Shown: one piece after another, positions 47,465-61,400 of the stretch
Numbering within the stretch: position 1 is the first letter of the stretch
Layout of the letters: every line of letters starts with the position of its first letter
Origin: Eledone cirrhosa
Taxonomy: Eukaryota
Direction of reading: 5' to 3'
Length of the DNA: 64,000 nucleotides
Assembly (NCBI GenBank): GCA_964016885.1
Contig: OZ024742.1
Coordinates: 203,918,001-203,982,000, forward strand
Notes under the pieces: generated by a model
Told to the model about the DNA's origin: nothing
What the model saw: only the letters and a program-made list of their open reading frames with translations
Databases searched by the model: none
Program-made: the position numbers and the translations under genes

Positions 47465-48430
47465 TAAATATAAGTATGTATACGTACATACATATATGTG
47501 TACAGACGCACAGTAGTATGTATATATATACATACATGCACACATATATATGTGTACGTATCGTTTTACCGAACTTTTATTATAATGCTCGGTTGTTTGT
47601 AAACAAACAGCTCGTATTAAGCCGTACAGTGCTCGGCAACCATCGTCGCCCTTTTGTTCAACACTGACACAGGAACGATGAACTAGTTTCAAGCTTATTA
47701 GCTATCGTCAGCATCGTATACCTTTCTGTCAGATGATTGAACGTCTGAAAGTATATACTTTCCTTATGCATATTAACGGCTGAGCAGCCTAATTTGTATA
47801 TCGAGTGAGTTAGTCGGCCGGGTATATCGAAAACGATAAATGGATAAGAATGAAACGAAATTGTATTTCTCACTCTTAGTACGGCAGTTACTTAAATGTA
47901 AGTATGTATACGTACATACATATATGTGTACAGACGTACAGTAGTATGTATATATATACATACATGCACACATATATATATGTACGTATGGATTCACCGA
48001 ACATTTATTATAATGCGGTTTGTTTATATTTAGTATCAGCCGTACTAAAATGAAATTTCGTTTCATTCTTTTCCATTTATCGTTTTCGCAACGCCCGGCC
48101 AACTAACTCACTCGATATGCAAATTAGGCTGCTCAGCCGTTAATATGCATAAGGAAAGTATATACTTTCAGACGTTCAATCATCTGACAGAAAAGTATAC
48201 GATGCTGACGATAGCTAATAAGCTTGAAACTAGTACATCGTTCCTGTGTCAGTGTTGAACAAAAGTGCGACGATGGTTGCCGAGCACTGTGCGGTGTATA
48301 TGTGTGCATGTATGTATATATATACATACTACTGTGCGTCTGTACACATATAAGTATGTACGTATACATACTTATATTTAGGTATCAACCGTACTAAGAG
48401 TGAGAAATGAAATTTCGTTTTATTATTTTC
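47465..48430. repeat. Scrambled direct and inverted module with hammerheads at 48200-48240 (+) and 47676-47716 (-)
   Basis: cgatg CTGACGA t-agct-aata-agct-t GAAA ctag TA catcg. 47625-47870 is the inverse of 48050-48290. Confidence 0.88.
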
Positions 48431-48626
48431 CATTTATATATATATAAATATATATTAATAAACAACAGAAATATATATATATATATATATGTGTGTGTGC
48501 GAGCGTGTGTGTGTGTACGCACGTGTGTGTGTACGCGCGTGTGCGTGTGTGTATATATATATATATATATTAATAAACAACAGAAATAATTTTGCAATTT
48601 AAAAAAAATAGTGTATTCCCGGAATA

Positions 48627-48646
48627 TCTATCTATCTATCTATTTA

Positions 48647-48713
<67 letters not shown>

Positions 48714-49325
48714 CTGTTGTTGTGTGTGTGTCTGTCTGTCTGTCTGTCCTCATTTCTATTCCGATTGACTTCAAACTTGCATTTCTATATTCCTTGCGGT
48801 CTAAAGATACTAACTGCAGCTTTTATTTTTCAATTTTCTGTTGTTAGGCGCCGGTTATCGATTTTATTGATGGCAACTATCTCTCTGTGGTGTGTTACCT
48901 TTTCAACATTGCGTGTGTTACCTTTTCAACATTGCGTGTGTTACCTTTTCAACATTGCGTGTGTTACCTTTTCAACATTGCGTGTGTTACCTTTTCAATA
49001 TTGCGTGTGTTACCTTTTCAATATTGCGTGTGTTACCTTTTCAATATTGCGTGTGTTACCTTTTCAACATTGCGTGTGTTACCTTTTCAATATTGCGTGT
49101 GTTACCTTTTCAACATTGCGTGTGTTACCTTTTCAACATTGCGTGTGTTACCTTTTCAATATTGCATTTTAAAGAGCTCAGGATTCCTTTTCCTTTCAGC
49201 ACATTATTGACAGGGAATAACGAGAGTCTATGGCTATCGTGATATATATATACAAACACATATACACATATATATATATACACATATACATATATATAAA
49301 TATACACATAAAAATATATGTATAT

Positions 49326-49376
<51 letters not shown>

Positions 49377-50214
49377 CATACACACACACATATATATATA
49401 TATATGTATACATAAACACATACATGTATATATATATATTATACATAAACACATACATGTATATATATATATATTATATGTATCTGTATATATATATATA
49501 TATACACACATATACATTGTAGGTCGCTTTAACCCGTCTTTTATTATTCAAAAAACTTCTTGCCAATAAACATTAATCCTTTGTGCGCCATTCATCTAAC
49601 TGTAGACCAACAAATAAACGGAGTTGACAAGAACGATGGCGAATGAATCTTCGAGGTAAGCAGTTTCCTCCCGAGCTGTTAGTTCACGCGGGATTCTCTG
49701 CTACACCTTTTCATAATAATACCGAACAACGTACTGCTGGTCCTTCCTTCCTCTAAAAGCCGTACAAAGTGGACATGTGCATCGGGTAGATTGATTGGGT
49801 GCAAATCTATACCAGGCCTACGCGAGAAATTCGCAAGGGACTGCACCGAGAGGGATAGAGAGAAAGAGTAACTTAGTGGAAAGAGTGCGAATGAACTTTT
49901 GAGGTAAGTAGCCTATGCCTTACTGCTGTGACACTGGAACCTTCTGCCAACTTAACCTGTGACTTTCTCTTTCACATTTACTCCAATAGGCCAAAACAGA
50001 GGAGTAGGAAAAGAAGGGGCTCAACAATATTTCTATGAACAATGTACGTAGACAGCTAAACTGTACTTTCAACTTCTTAATTTTCTCCAAATAAAACAAG
50101 TTTCCTGTCGGTATATTTTCGTGAGTTTTTAACAGGCAATCGCAAATAAACGTTTCTCATTGTAGGTGCTATTACCAATGTTCTTACCCGTGCAACGCCG
50201 GGATACACCGCAAG
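48627..50214 (+). mobile_element. Non-autonomous Helitron-like element with nested insertions
   Basis: 5' tatataactgttgttgtgtg...tctgtctgtc resembles the 20500-21428 element. Hairpin cccg-tgcaacgc-cggg at 50187-50202, then CAAG|T. Alternative CTAG|T at 50265-50269. Confidence 0.65.
48890..49167. repeat. 23-bp tandem array, about 12 copies
   Basis: gtgtgttaccttttcaa(c/t)attgc repeated with no spacers. Confidence 0.95.
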
Positions 50215-50904
50215 TAGAAGACTAAAATTGTACCTTGTCGCGGATACCTTATCACACGAGTACACTAGTTTCTTACCTTTCTTTATTTGGTAGATCTGGA
50301 GGAGCTTCTAAGCAGAAAGGACTGAGCGTAGGGATTACTGTGGGTCCTGGGGTGTTGTAAGCAGCATGGATCGTGAGAGGAAGAAAGACGAATGCGGTAG
50401 AAGTGGGTAAAACTTTAAAAAAAGAGATAGTGCAATAATCTATATAGGCAAATAAAATGGTCGCAGCAAACAATTTTTAGAAGCAATAGAGGAACGCAAA
50501 GGCAAAACATTTACTAGAGAAAATGTGACTAATAAAATGAAATTTACATCAGTAACAGATAGAGATATATTCAAAATTGTTTCAATCAAACATGGCCGAT
50601 TTTTAACCTGTATCATCAACAATATGGAACAACGGCTAGTCAGTATTGTTTAACATTGTTATTGTTAGAACAATATTATTAATGGCATCATGCCTTAATT
50701 GAATAATTTATATTTCTTACTTCACGAGGAAACATTCCCTCTTCTACACAGCAGGAGATAACAGTAACAATTCTAAATGATCTGATACAATCACATACAC
50801 ACAATCTAGAAAGAAACATTTAAATGAAATTTAAATTATCTCTGATAACAAACAAGTAGTCTATTCCTGTTTCTCTATCTCACTATATATATATATAGAG
50901 AGAG

Positions 50905-51384
50905 AGAAATTTCGTATTTCTAAAGAAACACGGTATGTTTACAGAGTAAATATTTAGGAAGCCGTAGCTATGCAAAAAAAAAACACCGGGGCTAACGCCC
51001 TCTGGTGGTGTCCAGCAGAAGCAAGGAGTCAACCGTCGATGCATTTCGGAATTAACTGGTCTTCATCAGGACGGACCCTCCCACGCTTGCGACTGGTAGA
51101 CTTGAGAAGAGTCGAGGATATATAGTTTTCTCGTCTGTGTAAATAAGGTGATTAATCTCATTTGCATATAAAACTGCATAAGTTGGCTCAACTTATAATA
51201 GAATAGAAATAGGATTTAGCTTCCCCTTGCTTCTGCTGGACACCACCAGAGGGCGTTTGCCGTGGTGTTTTTTGCATAGCTATGGCTTCCTAAATGTTTA
51301 CCCTGTAAACATACCGTATTTCTTTAGAAATACAAAATTTCTATACATATCTGTATACAGCTATGCTTGAAGCTAAATCCTATT

Positions 51385-51390
<6 letters not shown>
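50905..51390. repeat. Fold-back module with hammerhead at 51033-51074 (-); homologue at 39090-39265
   Basis: ccgtc CTGATGA agaccagttaattcc GAAA tgca TC gacgg. 50908-51025 is the inverse of 51225-51340. Confidence 0.75.
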
Positions 51391-51425
<35 letters not shown>

Positions 51426-51446
51426 ACTCTCTCTCTCTCTCACTCT

Positions 51447-51509
<63 letters not shown>

Positions 51510-51609
51510 AATGTATGTATATGAGAAAATCAATATATCGATACACATTCAAAAACACAATACACACACACACATATATATATATGAATAAAAAAAGTGG
51601 CGTACAAGA

Positions 51610-53150
51610 CAATAATTGTTTCTACTATTGGCACAAGGCCAGCAATTAACCAGTACATTACTGGTACTTTATTTTATCGACCCCGTAAGGATGAAAGGCA
51701 AAGTTAACCTCGGCGGGATTTGAACTCAGAATGGCAAGGGCCGTAACTCTATGCGTCAAAGCATGGTGTCCGACCCTCTACCGATACTGCCAATTCACGA
51801 CGTACAAGACAATAATAACGAGAAAAGCGGATAGTCAACTCTTGAAAATCCTTATAGTTTCTGTAGATTAGGGTTGAGACTATTCATTCCATTGTACATG
51901 GGGAAGTGACAGAACAACACAGGGAAACATAAGAACAGATTGTATCATTCGGTAAATTACAGAAATAAAGCCAAAGAAATGCTACAATCCAATGTACTTC
52001 AACTGAAAAGGAAAGGATAGAAACATGGTACGCAATAGCTTATATACATATATTATGTATTAGTGTTACCGTCTGCGTTCAAATCCCGCCGAGGTCAACT
52101 TTGCCTTTCATCCTTATGGGGTCGATAAAATAAAGTACCAGTAATGTTGTAAAATAAAATAAAGTACCAATAAAGTACCAGTAATGAAATTGCTGGCCTT
52201 GTGCCAAATGTAGAAACAATTATGTATTAGTGTTACACACACACGCGCGCACACCCACCCACACATACACACACATACATACCCACATACACGCACACGC
52301 ACACCCACACATACACACATACACACACACATACACACACACACATACGCAAACACACTGGAGTATGATACTGTCTAAAAGAAAATATTTTCACAAAACT
52401 TTGATGAATTTGACAAGTGTCTTATTACCAGGTTCACAACAATCTTTTGTCAAGGGAACGATATATGTCACTTTAATCATATGATTAACTAAACAAGTCA
52501 TACATTAAAGGATTCGATACAAGGAATGTATAATACTTTTTTTTTCTTTCGAATATGACTTGTATAAGAGGAACTTATATTCCTTTAATAATCAGTTAAT
52601 AAATAAAGTGTATTTATTTACTGAACAATTTGTATAAAAAAAGGAGAAACAAAAGGAAAGAAAGAATAGGGGAATATAGAAAAAGAGAGAAAGAAAGAAG
52701 AAAAGGAACGAGAAGGGAGGTGGAAAGAGCTGTGTCTAATGTTTGTGTCTCCTTTGTTCCTTCAAATCCCCGTCTTACCAATTTCCCTTTCATTATTCGG
52801 ACGTCATGTTTTGACGCATAGAGTTACGGACCTTTCGATTCTGAGTTCAAATCCCGCCGAGGTCAACTTTGCCTTTCATCCTTACGGGGTCGATAAAATA
52901 AAGTACCAGTAATGTACTGGGTAATTTCTGGCCTTGAGCCAAAAGTAGAATCAATTATTATAGGTTAACTTAAGGGCGGTAGAGGGTCGGACGCCATGCT
53001 TTGGCGTATAGAGTTACGGCCCTTGCCATTCTGAGTTCAAATCCCGCCGAGGTTAACTTTGCCTTTCACCCTTACGGGGTCGATAAAATAAAGTACCAGT
53101 AATGCACTGGGTATTGCTGGCTTTGTGCCAAAAGTAGAAACAATTATTAT
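51610..53150. mobile_element. Cluster of Octopus-type SINE copies (51610-51800 -, 52070-52225 +, 52800-52960 +, 52972-53150 +)
   Basis: Each has gttcaaatcccgccgaggt(c/t)aactttgcctttca(t/c)cctta(c/t)ggggtcgataaaataaagtaccag. Confidence 0.9.
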
Positions 53151-53686
53151 AGAATCGATGATGTAAATATTAGAAAACAATAACAATAATTAAGTATACC
53201 CCTAATACATATAATTAAGTAATTATTATTTTGCCAATACGCAAAAAATCAATATTCTAGAAAAGTTATCAAAATTGGCATCAGACATAATAATTCCATT
53301 CTGAAAATTATTATTGTCATTATTTTATCTTTGTTTTAATTTCTTTAATTACTTCTGCTTGATTTTGTTTTCTTTTTAATTGTCAAAGAAACATAACGGA
53401 CATTAATTTTTCTATTGTTATATGTAAACACAGCAACAATATTAGACTTATAATGGTATTGTTGGTGTGGCTCACATCTGGGAAGGCTTCGTCAGCTTTA
53501 CATGAGGTTGCATCACATAGAAGGGTTCTTGGCTATTCTAATGATAAAAGGACTTCAATTCCATAATGTCAATACTTTTTCAAAGACTGGGAGCAAGAGA
53601 TTCGAGTTTTGAGTTGATCTTAGTTAAATGTCTCTCTGATAAAAGTCTCAAAGTAAATATATGAGGAGAGGTATACAATCTATTGA

Positions 53687-53940
53687 TCTTTTAAGCCAGT
53701 TAATGCCTACAAAGGGGCTGTCTGCTTGACAAGGGTATACTGTTTGTCAGTCTTTTAGGCCAATTACTTCCCACAAGATGCGAGCCTGCTTGAAAATGGG
53801 TATACTATCTGCCAGTGCTTTAGGCCAATTACTTCCCACAAAATGCCAATCTGCTACTGAAGGAGCATACTATCTGTCGATCTTTTAGATCAATTATTTC
53901 CTACAAGGCATCAGTTCATTGGGGAAAGGGTATACTAAAC
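53687..53940. repeat. Diverged ~65-bp tandem repeat, 4 copies
   Basis: tcttttaggccaattacttcccacaa...gggtatact recurs at 53687, 53751, 53816 and 53881. Confidence 0.75.
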
Positions 53941-54463
53941 GATCTGCCTACCATAATTTCTGACAGAAGCGTCACTTGAAGATAGGACTTGAACTCAGAA
54001 TTCATAGATCTTGATCAGAAACCGCAAAGCATCCCGCCCGACCGTTCAACAATTCCACCAATACACTGCTTCTGGGTCTGCACTTTATCTATCGACCCAG
54101 GAACGATGACAAGCAAAATTTACCTCGACATGATTTGAACCCCTATCGCAGAGAGCCGACACAAGTGCCGAGATATCTAATCCAACCCTTTAACAACTCT
54201 CCTAATATCATATATCCATCTAAATCGAGAGCCTCGTTTCGATTCTTGCCTTTAACTTTATATTTCAGATACATTCTAAATATGTACACTAAAGACCTTG
54301 ATCATCACTAATTATCGATCTCTATCACTCATTCCTCTCAACTGAAAGAAGCTAATGACTTATTGATGGATACCTTTGATTATTGAAGATCAATGAATTT
54401 ATTGCATTTGTCCTCCGTAGTGCAGGTGTTAAATGAATATTTATTATCGCATCTCTCACACAA

Positions 54464-54534
54464 TTCTTCTTCTTCTTCTTCTTCTTCTTCTTCTTCTTCT
54501 TCTTCTTCTTCTTCTTCTTCTTCTTCTTTTACTC

Positions 54535-54596
<62 letters not shown>

Positions 54597-54640
54597 GCTG
54601 CTGCTACTACTACTACTACTACTACGAGTACTACTACGAG

Positions 54641-54696
<56 letters not shown>

Positions 54697-54709
54697 GTAC
54701 TACTACGAG

Positions 54710-54775
<66 letters not shown>

Positions 54776-54819
54776 CACTACTGCTGCAACAACAACAACA
54801 ACTACTACTTCTTCTTCTT

Positions 54820-54896
<77 letters not shown>

Positions 54897-54920
54897 TCTA
54901 CTGCTGCTGCATTTCTTCTT
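54464..54920. repeat. Compound trinucleotide microsatellite (TTC)n(CTA)n(CTG)n
   Basis: Seen directly. Confidence 0.97.
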
Positions 54921-55126
54921 CCACAGATATAGCAGACGCCTTTATACATATTATCAGAAAAGTGTTTCTATTAAAAAGTAAAGCAGGAAATGAATAAAGG
55001 ACTCAATACGTTAAGTAATGTGAATAATTTATTTTGTAATATATGACAGTAACTTCCGACTTTCCAAACTGCTACAATTTGGAAGGTGAAGCTTCAATGG
55101 CCAGACCTAACGTCTATTATCAAATA

Positions 55127-55222
55127 TACAGGATGTCCCCAAAATATGTTTACACACTTTGATTACCTGTACAGGCAATATTTATGTTGAAGTGTGTATA
55201 CATTTTTTTGCCACACCCTGTA
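55127..55222. mobile_element. Very short Tc1-like MITE remnant
   Basis: Imperfect TIRs tacaggatgtccccaaaatatgtttacac / gtgtatacatttttttgccacaccctgta. The right TIR is mirrored again at 55239-55265. Confidence 0.55.
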
Positions 55223-55280
55223 TATATATATATATATATAGGGTGTGGCAAAAAAATGTATACATATATATATACATTTA

Positions 55281-55456
<176 letters not shown>

Positions 55457-55571
55457 TGTGTGTGTATGTGTGTGTGTGTGTGTATATACACACATATATA
55501 TATATATATTTTATAATATAATATAATATAATATATAATATATATATATAAGTGTGTGTGTGCGTGTGTAT

Positions 55572-55657
<86 letters not shown>

Positions 55658-55906
55658 AGAGGGAGAGAGAAATATATATATAATATATGTGTGTGTATGA
55701 CTACTTGTCTGTGCATGAGTAAGTGTGGTTTGTGTGTTTCTCTCTGTGTATACATGTGTGTGACTAACTATCTATGTGTGTGTATGAAGACATTCAGTAG
55801 ACATAACACGATGAAATAAATTGTGGTAAGTAGATTAACATTGAATTATTTCAGTGTTGATCTATAATTCATTGAATGTTATCGTTTTCCATCAGAAGCA
55901 ACTTCC

Positions 55907-55958
<52 letters not shown>

Positions 55959-56029
55959 GTATATATATATGTGTGTGTGTCTATATATATCTATATATAT
56001 ATATATATATATATAGGAGAGAGTATGAC

Positions 56030-56114
56030 CCCGACGGCAGAGCTCTAGCCGTTTCGACGGCTATTTCTGGACTAAAGTCAGAGTTGGTAAATAAATAGCC
56101 GAACTTATCAAGAG
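56030..56114 (-). ncRNA. Type I hammerhead, U3-A8 core variant
   Basis: ctc TTGATAA gtt-cggctattt...aaatagccg-tc GAAA cggc-tagagctct-gccg TC ggg. Confidence 0.7.
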
Positions 56115-56714
56115 TACTTCCTTATATGGAAAGATTCTAGTTGTCAAGGGGGTTGGTCAAAAATTGTAGCGGTCACAGAAAAGTCTATCACGGCATTGGA
56201 TGCGGGGTGGGGATGGCTGAACTTGCTTGTAGAACGATAGGGGAGTGGGTAGAGCCGGTCAAGCGTAGAAGGTGAAATCTACCAGGCAAATGCTAAGGAA
56301 TGTGTATGAAAGTAGGCCAGAGGGAATAGCGAAAAAGGTATCTTTAGAGAATGGAGGAGGGTCGTTATAGAAATAGTAAATCAAAAGCGATTATGGAACA
56401 AAGAAGAATTATAATAAAAAATAAGGAATATAATAAAAAATGCAACAGAAAGTAAGATTGGAAAGTGAGAAGAGAAATAAGCAGTCTAACACAGCTGCTA
56501 TATTTCGGCCTAAGCCACAGAATGAGTTGCTAGATGAGAATAATTGAAAAAATTAGAAATAGAAATTAAAAATTAAAAATTAATACCATATATCTAACAC
56601 AGCTGCTGGGAATAGTTAGTATAGCGTAATCGGCGAATGCTATCTGTAAGGTATTGAGGCTAAAGTGGCCCGATGGGCTGCCTCGGGGTAGGCGAAAGGA
56701 AAAAAAAAACAAAG

Positions 56715-56830
56715 GAAACACCTATCGGGAAAATCTTCTTTAGGCTCCTCGAAAAATACTTTCCACCACAATACCGCTACCACAACATAATCAACAAAAA
56801 CACTATCAAGCACCACACCCAACGTCGCAC
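56715..56830 (+). pseudogene. Small PLE RT-linker fragment
   Basis: TPIGKIFFRLLEKYFPPQYRYHNIINKNTIK matches TPLAKIFLSLITKHFLPTHKYSKILNRNTIK in 16409-17965. Confidence 0.75.
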
Positions 56831-56859
56831 AAAACATCACCTCCTCAAATTTATGTTGA

Positions 56860-58012
56860 CTTTGACGTCTTTTTTAGAACAATTTTACAAGTCCCAATAA
56901 TCGCCATCATTTACGATTACCGTCTTCCATCCTTTAGGAAGGCGCACTATTCCATTCCTGTAAAGTTCTTCTGGCTTCAATGCAAAGAATTCCTTCAGGT
57001 ACTGATTCAACTAGTTTTCATTGATGAAGGTTTTTAACAGCATTGCATTTCTCATTGAGAGAAAAAGGTGATAGGCACGAGGTCGGGTGAATACGACGGG
57101 TGAGGCAGAACCACCCAACCTAGGTCCTGCAGCTTCTCACAGGTTATACTTGATGTATGCAGTCGAGCGTTATCATGAAAGAATCGCACAGATCTGTGGT
57201 GTGAAGGCACCTGTGTGATTTTCGCCACTAATCTAACAAGTTGCTGGCAATAGACATCAGAACTTATGCGGGTGTCCAGTGGGAGCAGTTCGTATTAAAT
57301 GACACATCTCCAGTCACACCTGTCGCTCATTAGGCATGGTGAGGGTGGAGGCCAACCTTTTCTTGCTGTTGTGGCGTACTCTCTTCATCAAGCTGGCGCT
57401 TGACATTTAATGTAGAGACACCATTTTTCACCACCAGTGACAATGGAACGCAACCAGTTGGTTGTGCGATAGTAGGAGAGCAGCGAAATCTCACCTGCCA
57501 CCCGAAATTCAGGATTATCATCAGTCAGATTGGGGGCAACCATTAGTCCAGCTTGGACGCCTTCTCTGTTGCATGCAAGTGATTAGAATGGTTGTTTTCG
57601 ATATCGTAAGTACTTCAGAGCGTTGACATGATGTCTGGCACGGGTTGTCTTCCACCAGCTCACACAGTTGCTCTTCGATGAAGTCTGATGGATGTCCTTC
57701 GTGAGTTCGTCCTTCAAGGCTGTAGTCACCGGAACGGAAGCGTGAGAACCAGTCCCTTGCACTGCATTCAGACATAGTGTGTGGCCCAAATGCATTGTTA
57801 ATGCGACGATTCGATGTTGCTGCGCTTAAACCAGAGTTGAGGTAATAAAATAAACAGCGATGGATAAACGATTTGAATAGATTCATGTTGCTTCCCTTTC
57901 GGCGTCGTAACAGAAAATGAGAGATGCACATAGTGCATACCAACATCACTTCTTATACATGTGCGCATACCTCCTTTTGAAGAACGGCAGGAACTTTCTG
58001 TCCAACCCAACA
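56860..58012 (-). mobile_element. Decayed mariner DNA transposon
   Basis: HTH region INNAFG...ARDWFSRFRSGDYSLE, HDNAR at about 57165-57180 and LPHPSYSPDL at about 57080-57110. TIR-like ttgggttggacagaaagttcc at 57989-58010. Confidence 0.88.
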
Positions 58013-58049
58013 CAGGGAGAAGGAGAGAGATAGGAGAGAGAGAGACTTA

Positions 58050-58330
58050 TGTATAGATATAGATAGATAACTTTCTATTTATTTGCCACCAGGGCATCAA
58101 AAAGTGGGACAAGTACAATGGGGGGAGTTTACATAAAAAGGCGTCCTCAATAAGGAGGAGGCAATAACAAAATATAAAAATAATATATAAAATATAACAA
58201 AAATAAATTTAATAACAAAATCCTCAATAGGGAGAAGGCGCCTTGGGGGGTCGCACACACCCCCGAAAAAATTGTGCAACCAATCTCCTCAGGAGCACAG
58301 AGAGGGGGTGCTCCCTTGATCTTTCATCTT
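58050..58330 (-). mobile_element. Short 3'-end of a related Tx1/L1 LINE ending in (TATC)n
   Basis: Shares ggcg...ccctattg.ggattt and gtggcaaataaa with the 3' UTR at 58425-58570. Confidence 0.65.
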
Positions 58331-58351
58331 CTTCGTCTGATAGATAGATAG

Positions 58352-58412
<61 letters not shown>

Positions 58413-58419
58413 GATAGAT

Positions 58420-61400
58420 AGATTTTTTTATTTGCCACATGGGCGCACAAGAAAAGGGGACAATACAAAGACATGCCGGGGATTTTACATACAGTCGTGT
58501 AAAAAATATAAAAACAAACAATTACAATAATCGAAATCCCCAATAGGGGGAAACGCCACAAATAGGTTGTTTAATACCCCGTCGATAGAACAACCCTCAA
58601 CTACAGGAGCGTGTTGTGCAAGTGCTCCTTTCTTCCTTTTGCTCTCTTCTTCAACCTACAGGCTTATAAACAGAGAAGGCCCAATCACTCGGGCCATTTT
58701 CGCTTCATTCACCCACCTTTCAGTAAATTTACTGGGGTACAGTGCCTCTCTCTCCACTCTGATTCTCCTTCTAAAGTGATACTTAAAGAAGGGAATCAAT
58801 TGTTGTCCGGAGAGAAAGGCATCTGTCCTCAGTCCTCTCAATCTCGTCCATCATATAACTTCTTTCACCATAGCCACCGTACAGAGGAAAACCGCCTCTC
58901 TTTCGTTTTTGAAAGAGGCTGGCGGTTTGATCCTTACTATGGACTCGGCAGTCAACTGGATTTGTCCCATACGCGACTGCAGTTGTTCCGCATAGTTCCA
59001 CAGGTCGGTTACGTCCGGGCAGTGTACAATTGCGTACAGGACTGTTTCAATGTCCTGCGCGCATCTTGGACACGTCCTCTTGGAAGGATCCCTGACGGGG
59101 CGTCCGTGCCTGTAGATCTTGTCGCGAACCTGTAGAGCTCCTCGGTAGCACTGCCAGGCCAGGGACCTCTGGAAGTTGTCCATAGGTCCCGGGCGGAAAG
59201 TTTTACCAAACAGACTGGTGAGCTCATCGTCTTTGACGCCCAGAGTCTCTCCGGGCACGTCGTCGCCCTTGTAACGTACAATCCCTCTATAGAATGTCGA
59301 AATGGAGTCTCCACTGATTGCTGCGCCCGCTTGCCAGAGGACTCTGAGCGCCTGAGCGCATTCAATGTTCCAGGCGATTCTTGACCCAGGACTGCAGCTG
59401 CGTCAGCGAGACGAGCTGTGGGAAAGCCTGTCTCACAAACGGTGCCCACACCGGTTGGGGGTCGGTGAGGAATACCTGGAGATGCCGCAGCCTCAACGCA
59501 TGTTTGCGCATCATCAGCCACGGCATTCCCAGCCCTCCGTTGGAAGAGTACTGACAGCAGACGCGGATCTCCTCACCAGCGGAGCCTGCTTCTTCCACAG
59601 AAACTGGAAGAGCATGCGTTCTATCTTGGCGAGGTGTTCACGGGGACAAGGCACGACAGTCAAGCAGTAGTAGATGACGGACGCTATGAAAATGTTCGCC
59701 ACCTCCGCTCGACCTTTCAAGGACAGTTTGCACTCTGCCCACTTCTGGGTGAGTGCAAACACCTTGACCGTGACCTCGATCCAGTTTTTCTCCACCTGGA
59801 GGTCTGGACCGAACCAGACCCCGAGCAATTTCACCGCTCCTTCCGTCCAGCGTCCAACGACGCTGTCGGACGTCATTGGTTTGCCTCTCCACGTCCAGAG
59901 TTGCAAACCGACAGACTTATCCGGGTTTAGTTTTGCTCCCGTCAGCGTTTCGTATTCTAACAGTAAGTTGCCGATAACCCCGATTTCCGAGGTGCTCGAC
60001 ACCATTATCGTCATGTCGTCGGCATAAGCCGACGCCGCTTTGCGCAGTCCCGTTTCTAGAGGGATGCCCTGCAACAGCTCCAATTTCTGCAGTAGTGGTT
60101 CTAGAATCAATACATACAAAATGGAGGAGAGAGGGTACCCCGGTCGAATGGAACGAGTGATTGCGAACGGCTCCGATAGGTAGCCGTTCACCTTGACCCT
60201 CGAGCATATGCTGGTGTGCAAGGCCTCGATCCAGCCTCTGAACACGGGACCGAAACCGGCCGCCTTGAGAACCGCTTCCAAGTATCGATGGTCGACCCTA
60301 TCGAATGCCTTAGACTGATCCAAATTGATCAGAGCCCCACCGAAGCCGGGTTTACTACCCACCCTGTCTATGATGTATCGCATGAGGTGGAGGTTGTCGT
60401 GTGTGGACCTGGTCGGGATTGCACACGTTTGCGCTTTCCCTACCAGGTTCTCGACAAACGCCAACCTCGTCGCTAGCACCTTGGCCAAAATCTTTAACTC
60501 TGTGTTGAGCAGAGTTATGGGCCTGAAGTTGTTAATTTCGTCACCCTTGTTGTCGTCTTTCCTGATCAGCGTTACTACGCCCTTGCCTGCAGAACTGGGA
60601 ATTCTTCCGTTCTGCTGCCAATTGCAGTAGACAGCTTCGAGGACGCCAGAGAACAAGTCCGGCATGCCTATGTAAAACTCATAGGGTAGACCATCTAGAC
60701 CGGGTGACTTGCGTTTCCCGCAGCGGCCCAGAGCGTCCTGTATTTCAGTGTCCATGATCGGTCTTTCGCAGAACTCGGCGTCCGTGTTCGAGAGGCGTAG
60801 AAGGCCGTCGAGGTATGAACTAAAGTCCATTGCCACGTTCGGCTCACCGTCGTTCTGCTCAAAGTCACGCAAAGTGCTGCTGAAAGGCCGCGAACATTTG
60901 CTTGGGGTCAAGTAGCACGCGTCCGTTTTGGTCTTTCAAAGACCGAATCGTGAACTTGTTGCCACTTTTTGCCTCCGCCACTCGGGCCCAGCTGACAGCT
61001 TTCGCTCTTTCGTTTCCTAGAGCACGTGTTTTTCTCCTGACCACGCAGCCTTCGTGTTTCGCATCGAAGAACTGGTCCAGTGCCGTTCTCGACGCTAACA
61101 CTCTAGCCGCGTTGCCACTTCTAAGTGCCTCCTCTACCTTGGCTACTAGTTCTCTTTCTAGTTTGTTTTTCTCTAAGGCTAACTCTCTGCTAGCGATTCT
61201 ATTCTAATTGCTTTCTTGAGAGAGTACCACCATCTATTGTTGACGATGGCTCGCGTTAACTGTTGCTTGACTAGTCTACTTATCCGTTCACTGTAAGCTT
61301 TACGTGCCGGCAACGACACGTTCAGCTTCCAGTATCCGGGTCCTTGTTTATGTGTTCTATCACGGTTGACCTAGCAGACGGCTAATTTGTGATCTGAATA

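Noticed and set aside
48890-49167. CRISPR-like array
   Set aside because: The 23-bp units are contiguous with no unique spacers, there are no cas genes, and the context is eukaryotic.
54380-54981. Poly-T/L/V mucin-like or membrane protein ORFs
   Set aside because: Trinucleotide microsatellite open in several frames.
57521-57949. Domesticated SETMAR-like gene
   Set aside because: No SET domain, and the transposase is frameshifted and interrupted.
59514-60911. Bacterial retron or group II intron RT
   Set aside because: An upstream APE domain, a CCHC ORF1 and a polyadenylation-type tail identify an L1/Tx1 LINE.
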